Source of the DNA: Candidatus Omnitrophota bacterium
GTDB lineage: Bacteria > Omnitrophota > Gorgyraeia > Gorgyraeales > Gorgyraeaceae
Reading direction: 5' to 3'
Assembly: GCA_003485765.1 (NCBI GenBank)
Contig: DNHS01000056.1
Location: 8,064-72,063, forward strand
DNA: 64,000 nt
The notes below the pieces were generated by a model, which did no database searches, was not told the origin of the DNA, and saw nothing but the letters and a program-made list of their open reading frames with translations. Position numbers and translations under genes: made by a program. Every line of letters starts with the position of its first letter. Position 1 is the first letter of the stretch. Below are positions 31,840 through 40,628 of the stretch, one piece after another.

Positions 31840-34421
31840 AGATACCCCTTTATAATCTCCTCTGCCTTTTTTAATATATCCTGAATCTTTGGGCCTGAAC
31901 GGCTGCCTGCTTGAGCAAAATCCTGCCTGCCTCCGCCTTTTATCCCAAAATCAGCTCCTATATCATTTAAAATACCAACTGCGTCAAGTTTTCCTGCCTT
32001 AAGTAATTTACCTATCCCAACTATCAAAGCAATCTTTCCGTCTTTCTCGCTTACAAGCATAAATACCCCATTCGCGAGCCTATCCTTTATTGAATCAGCA
32101 TTTTTTCTCAAAAAAGAAGAATCTGCATTCTTAATCTCATTCATAATTACATCGATGCCGTTTATTTTCTTTATAGACCCCAAAATATCAACTACATTAT
32201 CCTGGACATTTTTATTGATGAAAACTTCCAGGGTTTTCTCCATCTGCTTTAATTTATCTGTAAGCTTTTCTATTTCCTTTGCTATATCCTCTGGCCTCAC
32301 ATTCAATTCTTTCGCAACCTCTTTTATCAGGCCCTCTTCCTGTTTTATTTTTTCATAAGCTGGTTTGCTTGTAATTGCCTCGATTCTTCTCACTCCGCTC
32401 GCAATAGAAGATTCTGAAACAATCTTAAAGATGTCTATCTCTCCTGTCCTTGTTACATGAGTCCCGCCGCAGAGCTCTCTAGAGTAATCGCCCACAGATA
32501 CCATCTTGACCACATCTCCGTATTTTTCTCCAAAAAGAGCAATCACATCTCTTTTACTTGCCTCTTCCAGGCTCAATTCATCTATCCTGACAGCGCTATC
32601 CTTTCTTATGCTTTCATTTACAATATCTTCGATCATAAAAAGCTCTTCATCTGTAACTCGCTTGAAATGCGTAAAATCAAAACGCAGCCTTTCCGGAGCC
32701 ACCATAGACCCTGCCTGCTTCACGTGCAAACCCAGGACCTTTCTTAAAGCATTATGCAAAAGATGCGTGGCAGTGTGATTTTTTCTTATGTCTAGCCTGC
32801 GCTCGATATCAACTTTTGCTGTAACCCGGTCCCCTGTTTTTAGAATGTCTTCTTTCATTTCAATCTCATGCTGAGTCCTGCCTGCCACATCAATGGCGTT
32901 TATAACACTGGCCATTATCTTCCCATCTTTTAAAAGCTCGCCCCTATCTCCTGCCTGTCCGCCTTTTTCGCCGTAAAAATTCGTCTCTTTTAAAAAAATG
33001 CTTCCTTTTTCTTTCTTTTTTATTTCGTTTTTTAAATTTCCATCTGAAACTATCTGAAGCACATGGGTCATTATCTCTTCCTTGTCTTCTATAAAAGGAG
33101 AAATATCCGGCAACTTTATATTAGTATTTCCTTCAATGTTAAATATGCTACCTGCGATTTTACTGCCCTGTTTTGATGCGGAGCGCTGATTTTCCATAAG
33201 GGCTTCAAAACCCTTTATATCCACTTTTATATTTTCACCTTCCGCAATTTCCTGAGTTAATTCCCACGGAAACCCATAGGTGTCATATAGCCTGAACACA
33301 TGCTCTCCAGATAAAATACCTAAATTTTTGGATCCTAGTAACATTACTTTTAATCTCTCAGTCCCTTCATCTATGGTATTTTTAAATCTTTTCTCCTCTT
33401 CCATCACTATCTGGCTTATATTCTCCCGATGTTCTACGAGTTCAGGGTAAGGCTTTTTCATAACATGGCTAACTACAGGGGCTATTCTGTATAAAAAAGG
33501 CTTGTCAAGGCCCATTCCTCGCCCATACCAGAATGCCCTTCTTATCAGTTTTCTTATTACATAACCTCTTTCCTCATTTGAAGGCAAAACCCCATCTGAT
33601 ATTGCAAACACAACAGCCCTTATGTGATCTGCTATTGCATTTACCTTCTGTCCACCTGCCATGTGAGCCATCTGGCTCACCTGGCAGGTGGACAGGTCTA
33701 ATATAGCTTTTATAATAGGCTGAAACGAATCTATCTCAAAATTTGTCTTTTTTCCCTGCAGCACCCTGGCAATCCTCTCCAGCCCCATTCCTGTATCTAT
33801 GTTTTTATTAGGCAACGGCTCCAGCGCGCCTTCACCTTTTCTGTCAAATTGCGTAAAAACAAGATTCCACACCTCTACCTCGTCAGGTCCGCCAAAAAAT
33901 ATCTCAGAACACGGCCCGCACGGGCCATTCGGGCCTGCGGCTGGCGCATTAGACGGCCAGAAATTATCCTTTTCTCCTAATTTTAAAATCTTTTCTTCCG
34001 GGATTTTTACTGTGTCCCTCCATATTTCATACGCCTCTTTATCATCTTTATAAACAGAAACCCATAGATCTTTTTCTTTAAGCCCAAGCTCTTTTGTAAG
34101 AAATTCCCATGCCCAAGAAATAGCGTCTTTTTTAAAATAATCCCCGAATGAAAAATTGCCGAGCATTTCAAAAAATGTGTGATGGCCGGCAGTTCTACCT
34201 ACATTTTCCAAATCTCCAGTCCTGAGGCATTTCTGGCATGTAGCAGCCCTTTTAGGGCCTTTAACCCTGCCCAAAAATTCTTCCTTAAACTGGTTCATGC
34301 CAGCGCCTGTAAATAGAAGCGACGGGTCATTGCGAGGGACAAGCGAATCGCTAGGATAAATCCTGTGGCCCCTTTCCTCAAGAAATCTCAAAAACCTTTC
34401 CCTTATCTCATCAACTTTCAT
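31836..34421 (-). CDS. alaS: Alanine--tRNA ligase
   Basis: HHTFFEMLGNFSFGDYFK, DTGMGLER, NHTATHLLH, ELCGGTH, GGG in C-Ala domain. Confidence 0.98.
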   Translation of the reverse strand: MKVDEIRERFLRFLEERGHRIYPSDSLVPRNDPSLLFTGAGMNQFKEEFLGRVKGPKRAATCQKCLRTGDLENVGRTAGHHTFFEMLGNFSFGDYFKKDAISWAWEFLTKELGLKEKDLWVSVYKDDKEAYEIWRDTVKIPEEKILKLGEKDNFWPSNAPAAGPNGPCGPCSEIFFGGPDEVEVWNLVFTQFDRKGEGALEPLPNKNIDTGMGLERIARVLQGKKTNFEIDSFQPIIKAILDLSTCQVSQMAHMAGGQKVNAIADHIRAVVFAISDGVLPSNEERGYVIRKLIRRAFWYGRGMGLDKPFLYRIAPVVSHVMKKPYPELVEHRENISQIVMEEEKRFKNTIDEGTERLKVMLLGSKNLGILSGEHVFRLYDTYGFPWELTQEIAEGENIKVDIKGFEALMENQRSASKQGSKIAGSIFNIEGNTNIKLPDISPFIEDKEEIMTHVLQIVSDGNLKNEIKKKEKGSIFLKETNFYGEKGGQAGDRGELLKDGKIMASVINAIDVAGRTQHEIEMKEDILKTGDRVTAKVDIERRLDIRKNHTATHLLHNALRKVLGLHVKQAGSMVAPERLRFDFTHFKRVTDEELFMIEDIVNESIRKDSAVRIDELSLEEASKRDVIALFGEKYGDVVKMVSVGDYSRELCGGTHVTRTGEIDIFKIVSESSIASGVRRIEAITSKPAYEKIKQEEGLIKEVAKELNVRPEDIAKEIEKLTDKLKQMEKTLEVFINKNVQDNVVDILGSIKKINGIDVIMNEIKNADSSFLRKNADSIKDRLANGVFMLVSEKDGKIALIVGIGKLLKAGKLDAVGILNDIGADFGIKGGGRQDFAQAGSRSGPKIQDILKKAEEIIKGYL
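33648..33695. repeat. 48-nt near-perfect hairpin inside alaS
   Basis: CTGTCCACCTGCCA-T-GTGAGCCA-TC-TGGCTCAC-C-TGGCAGGTGGACAG. Confidence 0.75.
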
Positions 34422-34431
34422 GGTTACATGA

Positions 34432-35472
34432 TTATTTATTCTCTGCTGCTTTTTTCGCTATTGTTTCTTTAATTTTCTTCTCTATTTCACTGCAGACTTT
34501 TGCATTATTTTTAAGATACTCTCTGGCGGATTCCATGCCCTGGCCTAATTTTTCGCTTCCAAAAATTATCGATGAGCCTGACTTAGTCAAGACTTCTGAC
34601 TCTATGCCAAGTTCCAATATACTGCCTTCCCTTGAAATGCCTTCACCATGTATTATTTCAAATTCTGCATTCCTGAAAGGCGGAGCAACCTTATTTTTCA
34701 CAACCTTAGCCCTGACTCTATTTCCTATGACCTTATCGCCTGTCTTTATTGCTCCTATATTCCTCATGTCTATCCTCACAGAAGAATAAAATTTCAAAGC
34801 CCTTCCGCCTGTTGTGGTCTCAGGATTTCCAAACATGACTCCTATCTTCTCTCTTATCTGATTAATGAAGATAACGCAGGTGTGGGTCTTTGCAATAATA
34901 GCTGTGAGTTTTCTCAATGCCTGAGACATAAGCCTTGCCTGTAACCCTATATGTCTGTCTCCCATTTGTCCTTCTATTTCTGCCTGTGGCACAAGCGCTG
35001 CAACAGAATCTATTACTATCAGATCAACTGCGTTACTCCTCACAAGCATCTCCACTATATCAAGCGCCTGCTCGCCTGTATCAGGCTGGGATATTAAAAG
35101 ATCATCAAGGTTCACCTTTAGCTTCCTTGCGTAAGCCGGGTCCAATGCATGCTCAGCATCTATAAAAGCAGCAACGCCTCCTGCTCTTTGAGCCTGCGAG
35201 ATTATAGTCAAGGTAAGGGTTGTTTTTCCGCCTGCCTCAGGCCCAAATATCTCTACAACTCTTCCTTTCGGCACGCCTCCTACGCCTAATGCCAAGTCTA
35301 AAGACAATGCGCCCGTAGAAATAACATCCACATCAAACTTGGTTTCCTGGCCTAATCGCATAATAGACCCCTTGCCAAACTGCTTTTCTATCTGCGAAAC
35401 AGCTGATTCAATAGCCTTTTCTTTATCATCAGACTTTGCCGCAATTACCTTTTTCTCTTCTTTCTTAACCAT
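34432..35472 (-). CDS. recA: Recombinase RecA
   Basis: [51 protein letters not shown]. Confidence 0.98.
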   Translation of the reverse strand: MVKKEEKKVIAAKSDDKEKAIESAVSQIEKQFGKGSIMRLGQETKFDVDVISTGALSLDLALGVGGVPKGRVVEIFGPEAGGKTTLTLTIISQAQRAGGVAAFIDAEHALDPAYARKLKVNLDDLLISQPDTGEQALDIVEMLVRSNAVDLIVIDSVAALVPQAEIEGQMGDRHIGLQARLMSQALRKLTAIIAKTHTCVIFINQIREKIGVMFGNPETTTGGRALKFYSSVRIDMRNIGAIKTGDKVIGNRVRAKVVKNKVAPPFRNAEFEIIHGEGISREGSILELGIESEVLTKSGSSIIFGSEKLGQGMESAREYLKNNAKVCSEIEKKIKETIAKKAAENK

Positions 35473-35595
35473 GCTAACCCCCTTTGTTATAGATATAAAT
35501 TATACATTTACAGTAGGTTAAAGTAAAGCACAAAAGTATCCATCACCCCCTTCCATTACATTAGACACATCTCGCGTTCATTTTCTTTCAAAAAT

Positions 35596-35624
35596 TTGAC
35601 AATATAATAAATATCCCATATAAT
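35596..35624 (+). promoter_or_regulatory. Consensus sigma70 promoter, probably giving a leaderless cinA mRNA
   Basis: TTGACA-17 nt-TATAAT with 7 nt to the ATG and no Shine-Dalgarno. Confidence 0.7.
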
Positions 35625-35631
35625 AAACCCT

Positions 35632-36885
35632 ATGGAAATCAGCGCTCAGGTAATCTGCATAGGCAATGAAATAATGCTGGGCCATATTGCAAATACAAAC
35701 GCCCAATTCATTTCAAATAAGCTTGCCTCTATAGGCATAAAAACTTCCAAACATCTAGATATACCCGACAATCCTGAAGTTATCATCTCGTCTATAAGGG
35801 AAGTTCTCAATGAATCAGAAATAGTAATCACAAGCGGCGGGCTCGGCCCTACTGTTGATGACATAACGCTTGAATGTATCCAGAAGGCATTAAATAAAAA
35901 ACTAATCTTTAATAAAAAAATCTCTGAGCGCATAAAAGCTCATTTTAAGAGACGTAAAATAAAAATGCCCGCTAATAACCTGCGCCAGGCATTATTACCT
36001 GAAGGCGCAATACCAATTGATAACAATATCGGCACAGCCCCAGGCCTCATAATCCCTGTGGAAAATAAAGTCTTAATAGCTTTTCCTGGAGTACCGTTTG
36101 AACTTTATCCTATGTTTGAAGAAACCGCGCTTGTGTATTTAAAAAAGAAATTCTCCCTAGGACAAATTATAAAATCCAGGGTTATAAAAATAACAGGCCT
36201 CGCTGAATCAAGAGTAAATGAAATAATAGAAGATATTTTACAGATAGCGGGAGATGTCCAGATGGGAATCTATCCGCATCCTGAGGAAATACATGTAAAA
36301 ATCACTGTAACTGAAAAAAATGAAATTGCCGCTGATTTAATAATAAATAAAATCCAGAAAAAGGTTGAATCGCGCCTTAAAAATTATATCTTTGGCTATG
36401 ACAACGATGAGCTTGAAGAGATTGTTGGGAAATACCTTCTAAGGGCTAAGAAAACATTAGCCATAGCTGAATCCTGCACAGGCGGTCTTCTGGCCAATAG
36501 AATCACAGATATCCCAGGGAGTTCCAGTTATTTTAAGCTCGGCATTGTTTCTTATAGCAATGAATCAAAAAATAACCTCCTGAATATACCCATGGATACA
36601 ATAAAAAAATACGGCTCTGTTTCAAAACAAGTTGCCGCATTAATGGCAAAAAATGTAAGGGATCTGACTAGTACAGATTATGGTATAGGGATCAGCGATA
36701 TTGCAGGGCCTGGAGGCGCGACAAACAAAAAACCAACAGGACTTGTCTATATAGCTCTATCAACCAAAGCAAAAACTATCTGTAAAGAATTTCGCTTTAT
36801 AGGTACCCGGAATCTCATAAAATACAAATCCACCCAAGCTGCCTTAAACATGCTCAGATTATGGCTACCATCCGCGCTTTCATAG
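35632..36885 (+). CDS. cinA: CinA competence/damage-inducible protein (MocF-like plus PncC domains)
   Basis: IGNEIMLG, GGLGPTVDDIT, GTAPG, AESCTGG, YSNESK, IAGPGG. Confidence 0.93.
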   Translation: MEISAQVICIGNEIMLGHIANTNAQFISNKLASIGIKTSKHLDIPDNPEVIISSIREVLNESEIVITSGGLGPTVDDITLECIQKALNKKLIFNKKISERIKAHFKRRKIKMPANNLRQALLPEGAIPIDNNIGTAPGLIIPVENKVLIAFPGVPFELYPMFEETALVYLKKKFSLGQIIKSRVIKITGLAESRVNEIIEDILQIAGDVQMGIYPHPEEIHVKITVTEKNEIAADLIINKIQKKVESRLKNYIFGYDNDELEEIVGKYLLRAKKTLAIAESCTGGLLANRITDIPGSSSYFKLGIVSYSNESKNNLLNIPMDTIKKYGSVSKQVAALMAKNVRDLTSTDYGIGISDIAGPGGATNKKPTGLVYIALSTKAKTICKEFRFIGTRNLIKYKSTQAALNMLRLWLPSALS

Positions 36886-37433
36886 CAGTTGAAATTGATA
36901 ATCAAACCTGGCAAAAAATATCCGAGCTTGTTTCCATCCTCAAAAAATCCAATGCTGATATTAAATGGATAACCGACGGCCAGATGCATCTCACATTAAA
37001 GTTCCTTGGGAATATAGACAAAGATAAGGTTCTGGGAATTTCTGAGGCAATATCCAATATCTCAGATAATTTTAATTCTTTTAAAATCGCATTTTCCAAA
37101 ATAGGCGCTTTCCCAAGCCTGAATCATCCGGCCGTCATATGGCTCGGCATTGATAAAGGCGCAGAATCTTTAAAAACGCTTAATGAGAAAATAGAAATTG
37201 CTTTAGAAAAATTAGGTTTTGAGCGGGAGAGCCGCGAATTCAAGCCCCATCTCACGCTAGGCAGAGTCAGGTCGGATAAAAATATGCCAAACATCACAAA
37301 ACTGCTTAAGGAAACAGCTTTTTACTTAGTGAATGATGTACAAATCGATAAACTTACGCTTTTCCAGAGCGGCCTTAATCCAAAAGGCGCTATCTATTCT
37401 ATTATCTTACAAAAATACCTACAGAACATTTAA
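36861..37433 (+). CDS. thpR: RNA 2',3'-cyclic phosphodiesterase (2H family)
   Basis: RAFIAV, HLTLKFLG, FKPHLTLGR. Confidence 0.93.
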   Translation: MATIRAFIAVEIDNQTWQKISELVSILKKSNADIKWITDGQMHLTLKFLGNIDKDKVLGISEAISNISDNFNSFKIAFSKIGAFPSLNHPAVIWLGIDKGAESLKTLNEKIEIALEKLGFERESREFKPHLTLGRVRSDKNMPNITKLLKETAFYLVNDVQIDKLTLFQSGLNPKGAIYSIILQKYLQNI

Positions 37434-37888
37434 TGGCATAACAGATTAAATATATATATAATCTGAAGAGCTATATTGGCATATACGCCTGCTATAATAT
37501 CATCTGACATGATCCCTAGACTGCCTTTTAATTTTTCAAGGCTCTGGATAGGTTTTGGCTTTACTATATCAAAAAATCTGAATAGTAAAAATCCTGTAAC
37601 CACATAGCCCATAGTAGGGGGCAAGCGATATAAGCTTATAAGCATGCCAGCAAATTCATCGATTACTATCTCCCCAGGGTCTTTTTCTCCAAAAACTTTC
37701 TCTACCCTGCCAGCTGTCATAAACCCAAGTATAATTACTATTAAAATAACCGCGGCCATTATTAATGCGTCATGGCATATAAAATAATATAAAACAAGTG
37801 ACGCAAGACTCCCGAGTGTGCCAGGCGCAACAGGCAAATAGCCTATATAAAAAACACTTGCTATCATTCTACATAAACGGTCTTTCAT
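37430..37888 (-). CDS. pgpA: Phosphatidylglycerophosphatase A
   Basis: APGTLGS, DPGEIVIDE, FRFFDIVKP, GIMSDDIIAG. Confidence 0.95.
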   Translation of the reverse strand: MKDRLCRMIASVFYIGYLPVAPGTLGSLASLVLYYFICHDALIMAAVILIVIILGFMTAGRVEKVFGEKDPGEIVIDEFAGMLISLYRLPPTMGYVVTGFLLFRFFDIVKPKPIQSLEKLKGSLGIMSDDIIAGVYANIALQIIYIFNLLCH

Positions 37889-38451
37889 TTATCACCCATA
37901 AAAATGTCTTTGTTTCTGGCCATATAAGAAATACCTGAAGTCAAAGTCATGCCCACTGTTATAAGCATCAGTAAATACACGGCTATTTTAAAATCTTCCA
38001 TATACCTGAAACTGAACCCTAGATCCCTGATTATTAAAAATATAAGTATCGAGACAACAGCCACCATCTGGGAAACTGTTTTATGTTTTCCTCCCATCTC
38101 TGCGCTAAGAACCTTTTTTTGCGAAAGCGCGAGAATCCTTATGCCTGTAATCACCAGCTCCCTTGCTATGATAACCATCACCATCCACGCGGGTATTATC
38201 TCCATCTCTACAAAAGCCAGGAACGCTCCCAAAATAAGTATCTTATCCGCAATAGGATCCATTAATTTGCCAAAAGCAGTGATGTCGCCTGTTTTCCTGG
38301 CCATATAACCGTCGTAATAATCAGTGGCGCAGGCGGCCAGAAAAATAGCCATTGCTATAAACTTTGCGCTCGGGCCTTTTATAAAAAGAAACCATATAAA
38401 AATGCCAGCCAAAATTATTCTAGAAATCGTAAGCTTATTTGCTATATTCAT
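37885..38451 (-). CDS. pgsA: CDP-diacylglycerol--glycerol-3-phosphate phosphatidyltransferase
   Basis: NKLTISR, TDYYDGYMAR, GKLMDPIADK. Confidence 0.95.
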   Translation of the reverse strand: MNIANKLTISRIILAGIFIWFLFIKGPSAKFIAMAIFLAACATDYYDGYMARKTGDITAFGKLMDPIADKILILGAFLAFVEMEIIPAWMVMVIIARELVITGIRILALSQKKVLSAEMGGKHKTVSQMVAVVSILIFLIIRDLGFSFRYMEDFKIAVYLLMLITVGMTLTSGISYMARNKDIFMGDK

Positions 38452-39688
38452 AGCTGCCTGCTAAATCATATTCATGCGTATCTTGTATTTTAACGTTATA
38501 AAAATTCCCTATCTTTAGATTTTTGCCTTTAACATACACCAGCCCGTCTATATCAGGGGCGTCATATTCTGTCCTGGCTATATAATAACCCTTGCCTTTT
38601 TCTTCCACTAGCATCTTTAATGCCCTGCCTTTAAATCTTTCATTTATCTTTCTTGATATCCCTTGCTGCGCTGACATTATGCAGTCAAATCTTCTTTGTT
38701 TCTCTTTTTCTGAAATCTGATTTTTATGTTCATAAGCTGGGGTGCCTTCCTCTCTCGAATATTTGAAAATACCCAGCTTTTCAAATTTCATTTCTTTTAT
38801 AAAAGATACGAGTTCCTTGAATTCCTTGTCTTTTTCTCCTGGAAAACCAACTATAAATGAAGTTCGAATAACAGCATCTGGGATCTCTTTTCTTATATAC
38901 TCTATAAGAGCTATTATTTCCCTTTTATTTGTCGGCCTAGCCATCTGCTTTAATATTCTATCATTAATATGTTCCAGCGGCAAATCTATATACCTGCATA
39001 TATTTTCATTATCCCTTATAACCTCAATGACTTCTTTATCTAAATTCGCCGGGTGTAAGTACAATAGTCTCACCCATACATCTTTTGAAATCTTAGCTAA
39101 CTCTTTTAATAAATCTCCCAACCTCTTTTTTCCATACAAATCTATGCCATATAAAGAAGTATCCTGGCCTATTAAGATAATTTCTTTTGCTCCATTTTTT
39201 ACCAGCCTAACTGCTTCTTTCTTTATGGAACCAATGGGCCTGCTTTTATAATTTCCCTTCAAGCGAGGTATAACACAATATGTGCACCTGTTAGCGCAGC
39301 CTTCTGAAATCTTGATATAGGCATAATGCGGCGGAGTAAGTTTCAGGATCTGGTTTTGAGGCTTCCTGAAATCCAAAACACCTCTAAATTCATCCACTTC
39401 TTTTAATTCTCCGGCTAATTCTTTTCTATATCTTTCTGAAAGGCATCCAGCCACTATAATCTTTTTTATATTTCCGTCCTTTTTAGCGTCTATCGCCCTA
39501 AGTATATTGTCTACTGATTCTTTCTTAGCATCCTCTATAAAAGCGCATGTGTTCACAATCACAGTATCAGAATTTAATATATCCTCCTGAAATCTGTAAC
39601 CCTTTTTAATAAATTCGGTTACCAGCTTTTCTGAATCCACAAGATTTCTCGGGCAGCCTAAACTTATTATGCTGACTGTTTTTGCCAT
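38435..39688 (-). CDS. rimO: Ribosomal protein S12 methylthiotransferase
   Basis: SLGCPRNLVDSE, NTCAFI, KISEGCANRCTYC, TRAM-like end with APDIDG. Confidence 0.93.
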   Translation of the reverse strand: MAKTVSIISLGCPRNLVDSEKLVTEFIKKGYRFQEDILNSDTVIVNTCAFIEDAKKESVDNILRAIDAKKDGNIKKIIVAGCLSERYRKELAGELKEVDEFRGVLDFRKPQNQILKLTPPHYAYIKISEGCANRCTYCVIPRLKGNYKSRPIGSIKKEAVRLVKNGAKEIILIGQDTSLYGIDLYGKKRLGDLLKELAKISKDVWVRLLYLHPANLDKEVIEVIRDNENICRYIDLPLEHINDRILKQMARPTNKREIIALIEYIRKEIPDAVIRTSFIVGFPGEKDKEFKELVSFIKEMKFEKLGIFKYSREEGTPAYEHKNQISEKEKQRRFDCIMSAQQGISRKINERFKGRALKMLVEEKGKGYYIARTEYDAPDIDGLVYVKGKNLKIGNFYNVKIQDTHEYDLAGSYEYSK

Positions 39689-39711
39689 AAAAAAACGGGG
39701 CATCTCCCCGT
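39689..39711 (-). terminator. Terminator-like hairpin plus U7 directly before the rimO ATG
   Basis: Minus strand ACGGGG-AGATG-CCCCGT running into a T7 tract. Confidence 0.4.
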
Positions 39712-39716
39712 AACTC

Positions 39717-39746
39717 TTGGCACACTAAAGTGTGCCCTACAATTTT
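39717..39746 (-). repeat. GTAG-type REP-like hairpin, copy 2
   Basis: Minus strand GTAGGGCACACTTTAGTGTGCC; compensatory change relative to copy 1. Confidence 0.75.
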
Positions 39747-39759
39747 GTCGCAAAGGCCT

Positions 39760-40581
39760 TTAATTCTTTATTCCATCTTTCGTAATTATAATTTCTTTTT
39801 TTTCGCCTTTTTTCCCGGAAAAACTTGCGGGTTTTCCGTTTACACTTATCTTAATAACTCCGGAATTGCCTGCTTCCAATTTTATTTCTTTTTTTGCCTT
39901 CCACGTATCCGAACTACCTTTTCTAAATGTCCCCGTAAACATAAGCACTCCGTCGCCTATTATCCGGAGCCATGTATTATCCGAAGTAGAAACTTCTATC
40001 TCAATTTCATCTGTTTTTACAGCTGCAGCTTCTTCTTTTTTCTCTTTTAAAGGTTTTCGTTCAGAGAGTTGGTGGGTTGCTTGCTCCGTACCCTTGCGCG
40101 CGCTTTTAACTATCTTATTTTGCTTCTTTACAGATATATTTTTAATAAATTTAGTAACATGGCTAATAGCTGACGATAACACCCAGAATACAAATACTCC
40201 TATAATTATAGCTATTATCTGGTTCTTATATTTAATTATGCATGAAAAACCTAACTGCGGCATTTCTTTTGCAGGCAAAGATTTTTGTTGTGCGGTTCCA
40301 GAAATAGGCACGGCTACTGGCTTTAAAATCGTTGGCGGCTGGCCGGATTTAGCAAGATATTCTTTTATACCAGGCTCATCCAATGCCCCTAAAAAAACAG
40401 CGTATGTTTTTACAAAGCTCTTTGCATAAAAAACTGACCTTATTTCATTCAGCCTGTCTTCTTCCAGGGTAGAAATTATATGCTTAGGTATGCGGCTTCT
40501 CTCGGATACTTCTTCTATGGAAAGATGCTTGGATTCCCTTGTTCTTTTTAATATTTTACCTAATGACTCTGGCAGATGCAT
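39760..40581 (-). CDS. rodZ: RodZ-like protein (HTH, TM, DUF4115-like C-terminus)
   Basis: LGKILKRTRE...YAKSFVKTYA HTH, single TM, W-rich beta domain with GNSGVI; located between ftsK and rimO. Confidence 0.8.
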   Translation of the reverse strand: MHLPESLGKILKRTRESKHLSIEEVSERSRIPKHIISTLEEDRLNEIRSVFYAKSFVKTYAVFLGALDEPGIKEYLAKSGQPPTILKPVAVPISGTAQQKSLPAKEMPQLGFSCIIKYKNQIIAIIIGVFVFWVLSSAISHVTKFIKNISVKKQNKIVKSARKGTEQATHQLSERKPLKEKKEEAAAVKTDEIEIEVSTSDNTWLRIIGDGVLMFTGTFRKGSSDTWKAKKEIKLEAGNSGVIKISVNGKPASFSGKKGEKKEIIITKDGIKN

Positions 40582-40628
40582 AGTCGCCTTTGAATTTTTC
40601 AGATTGCAAAAACAATCTAAAAAATTGG

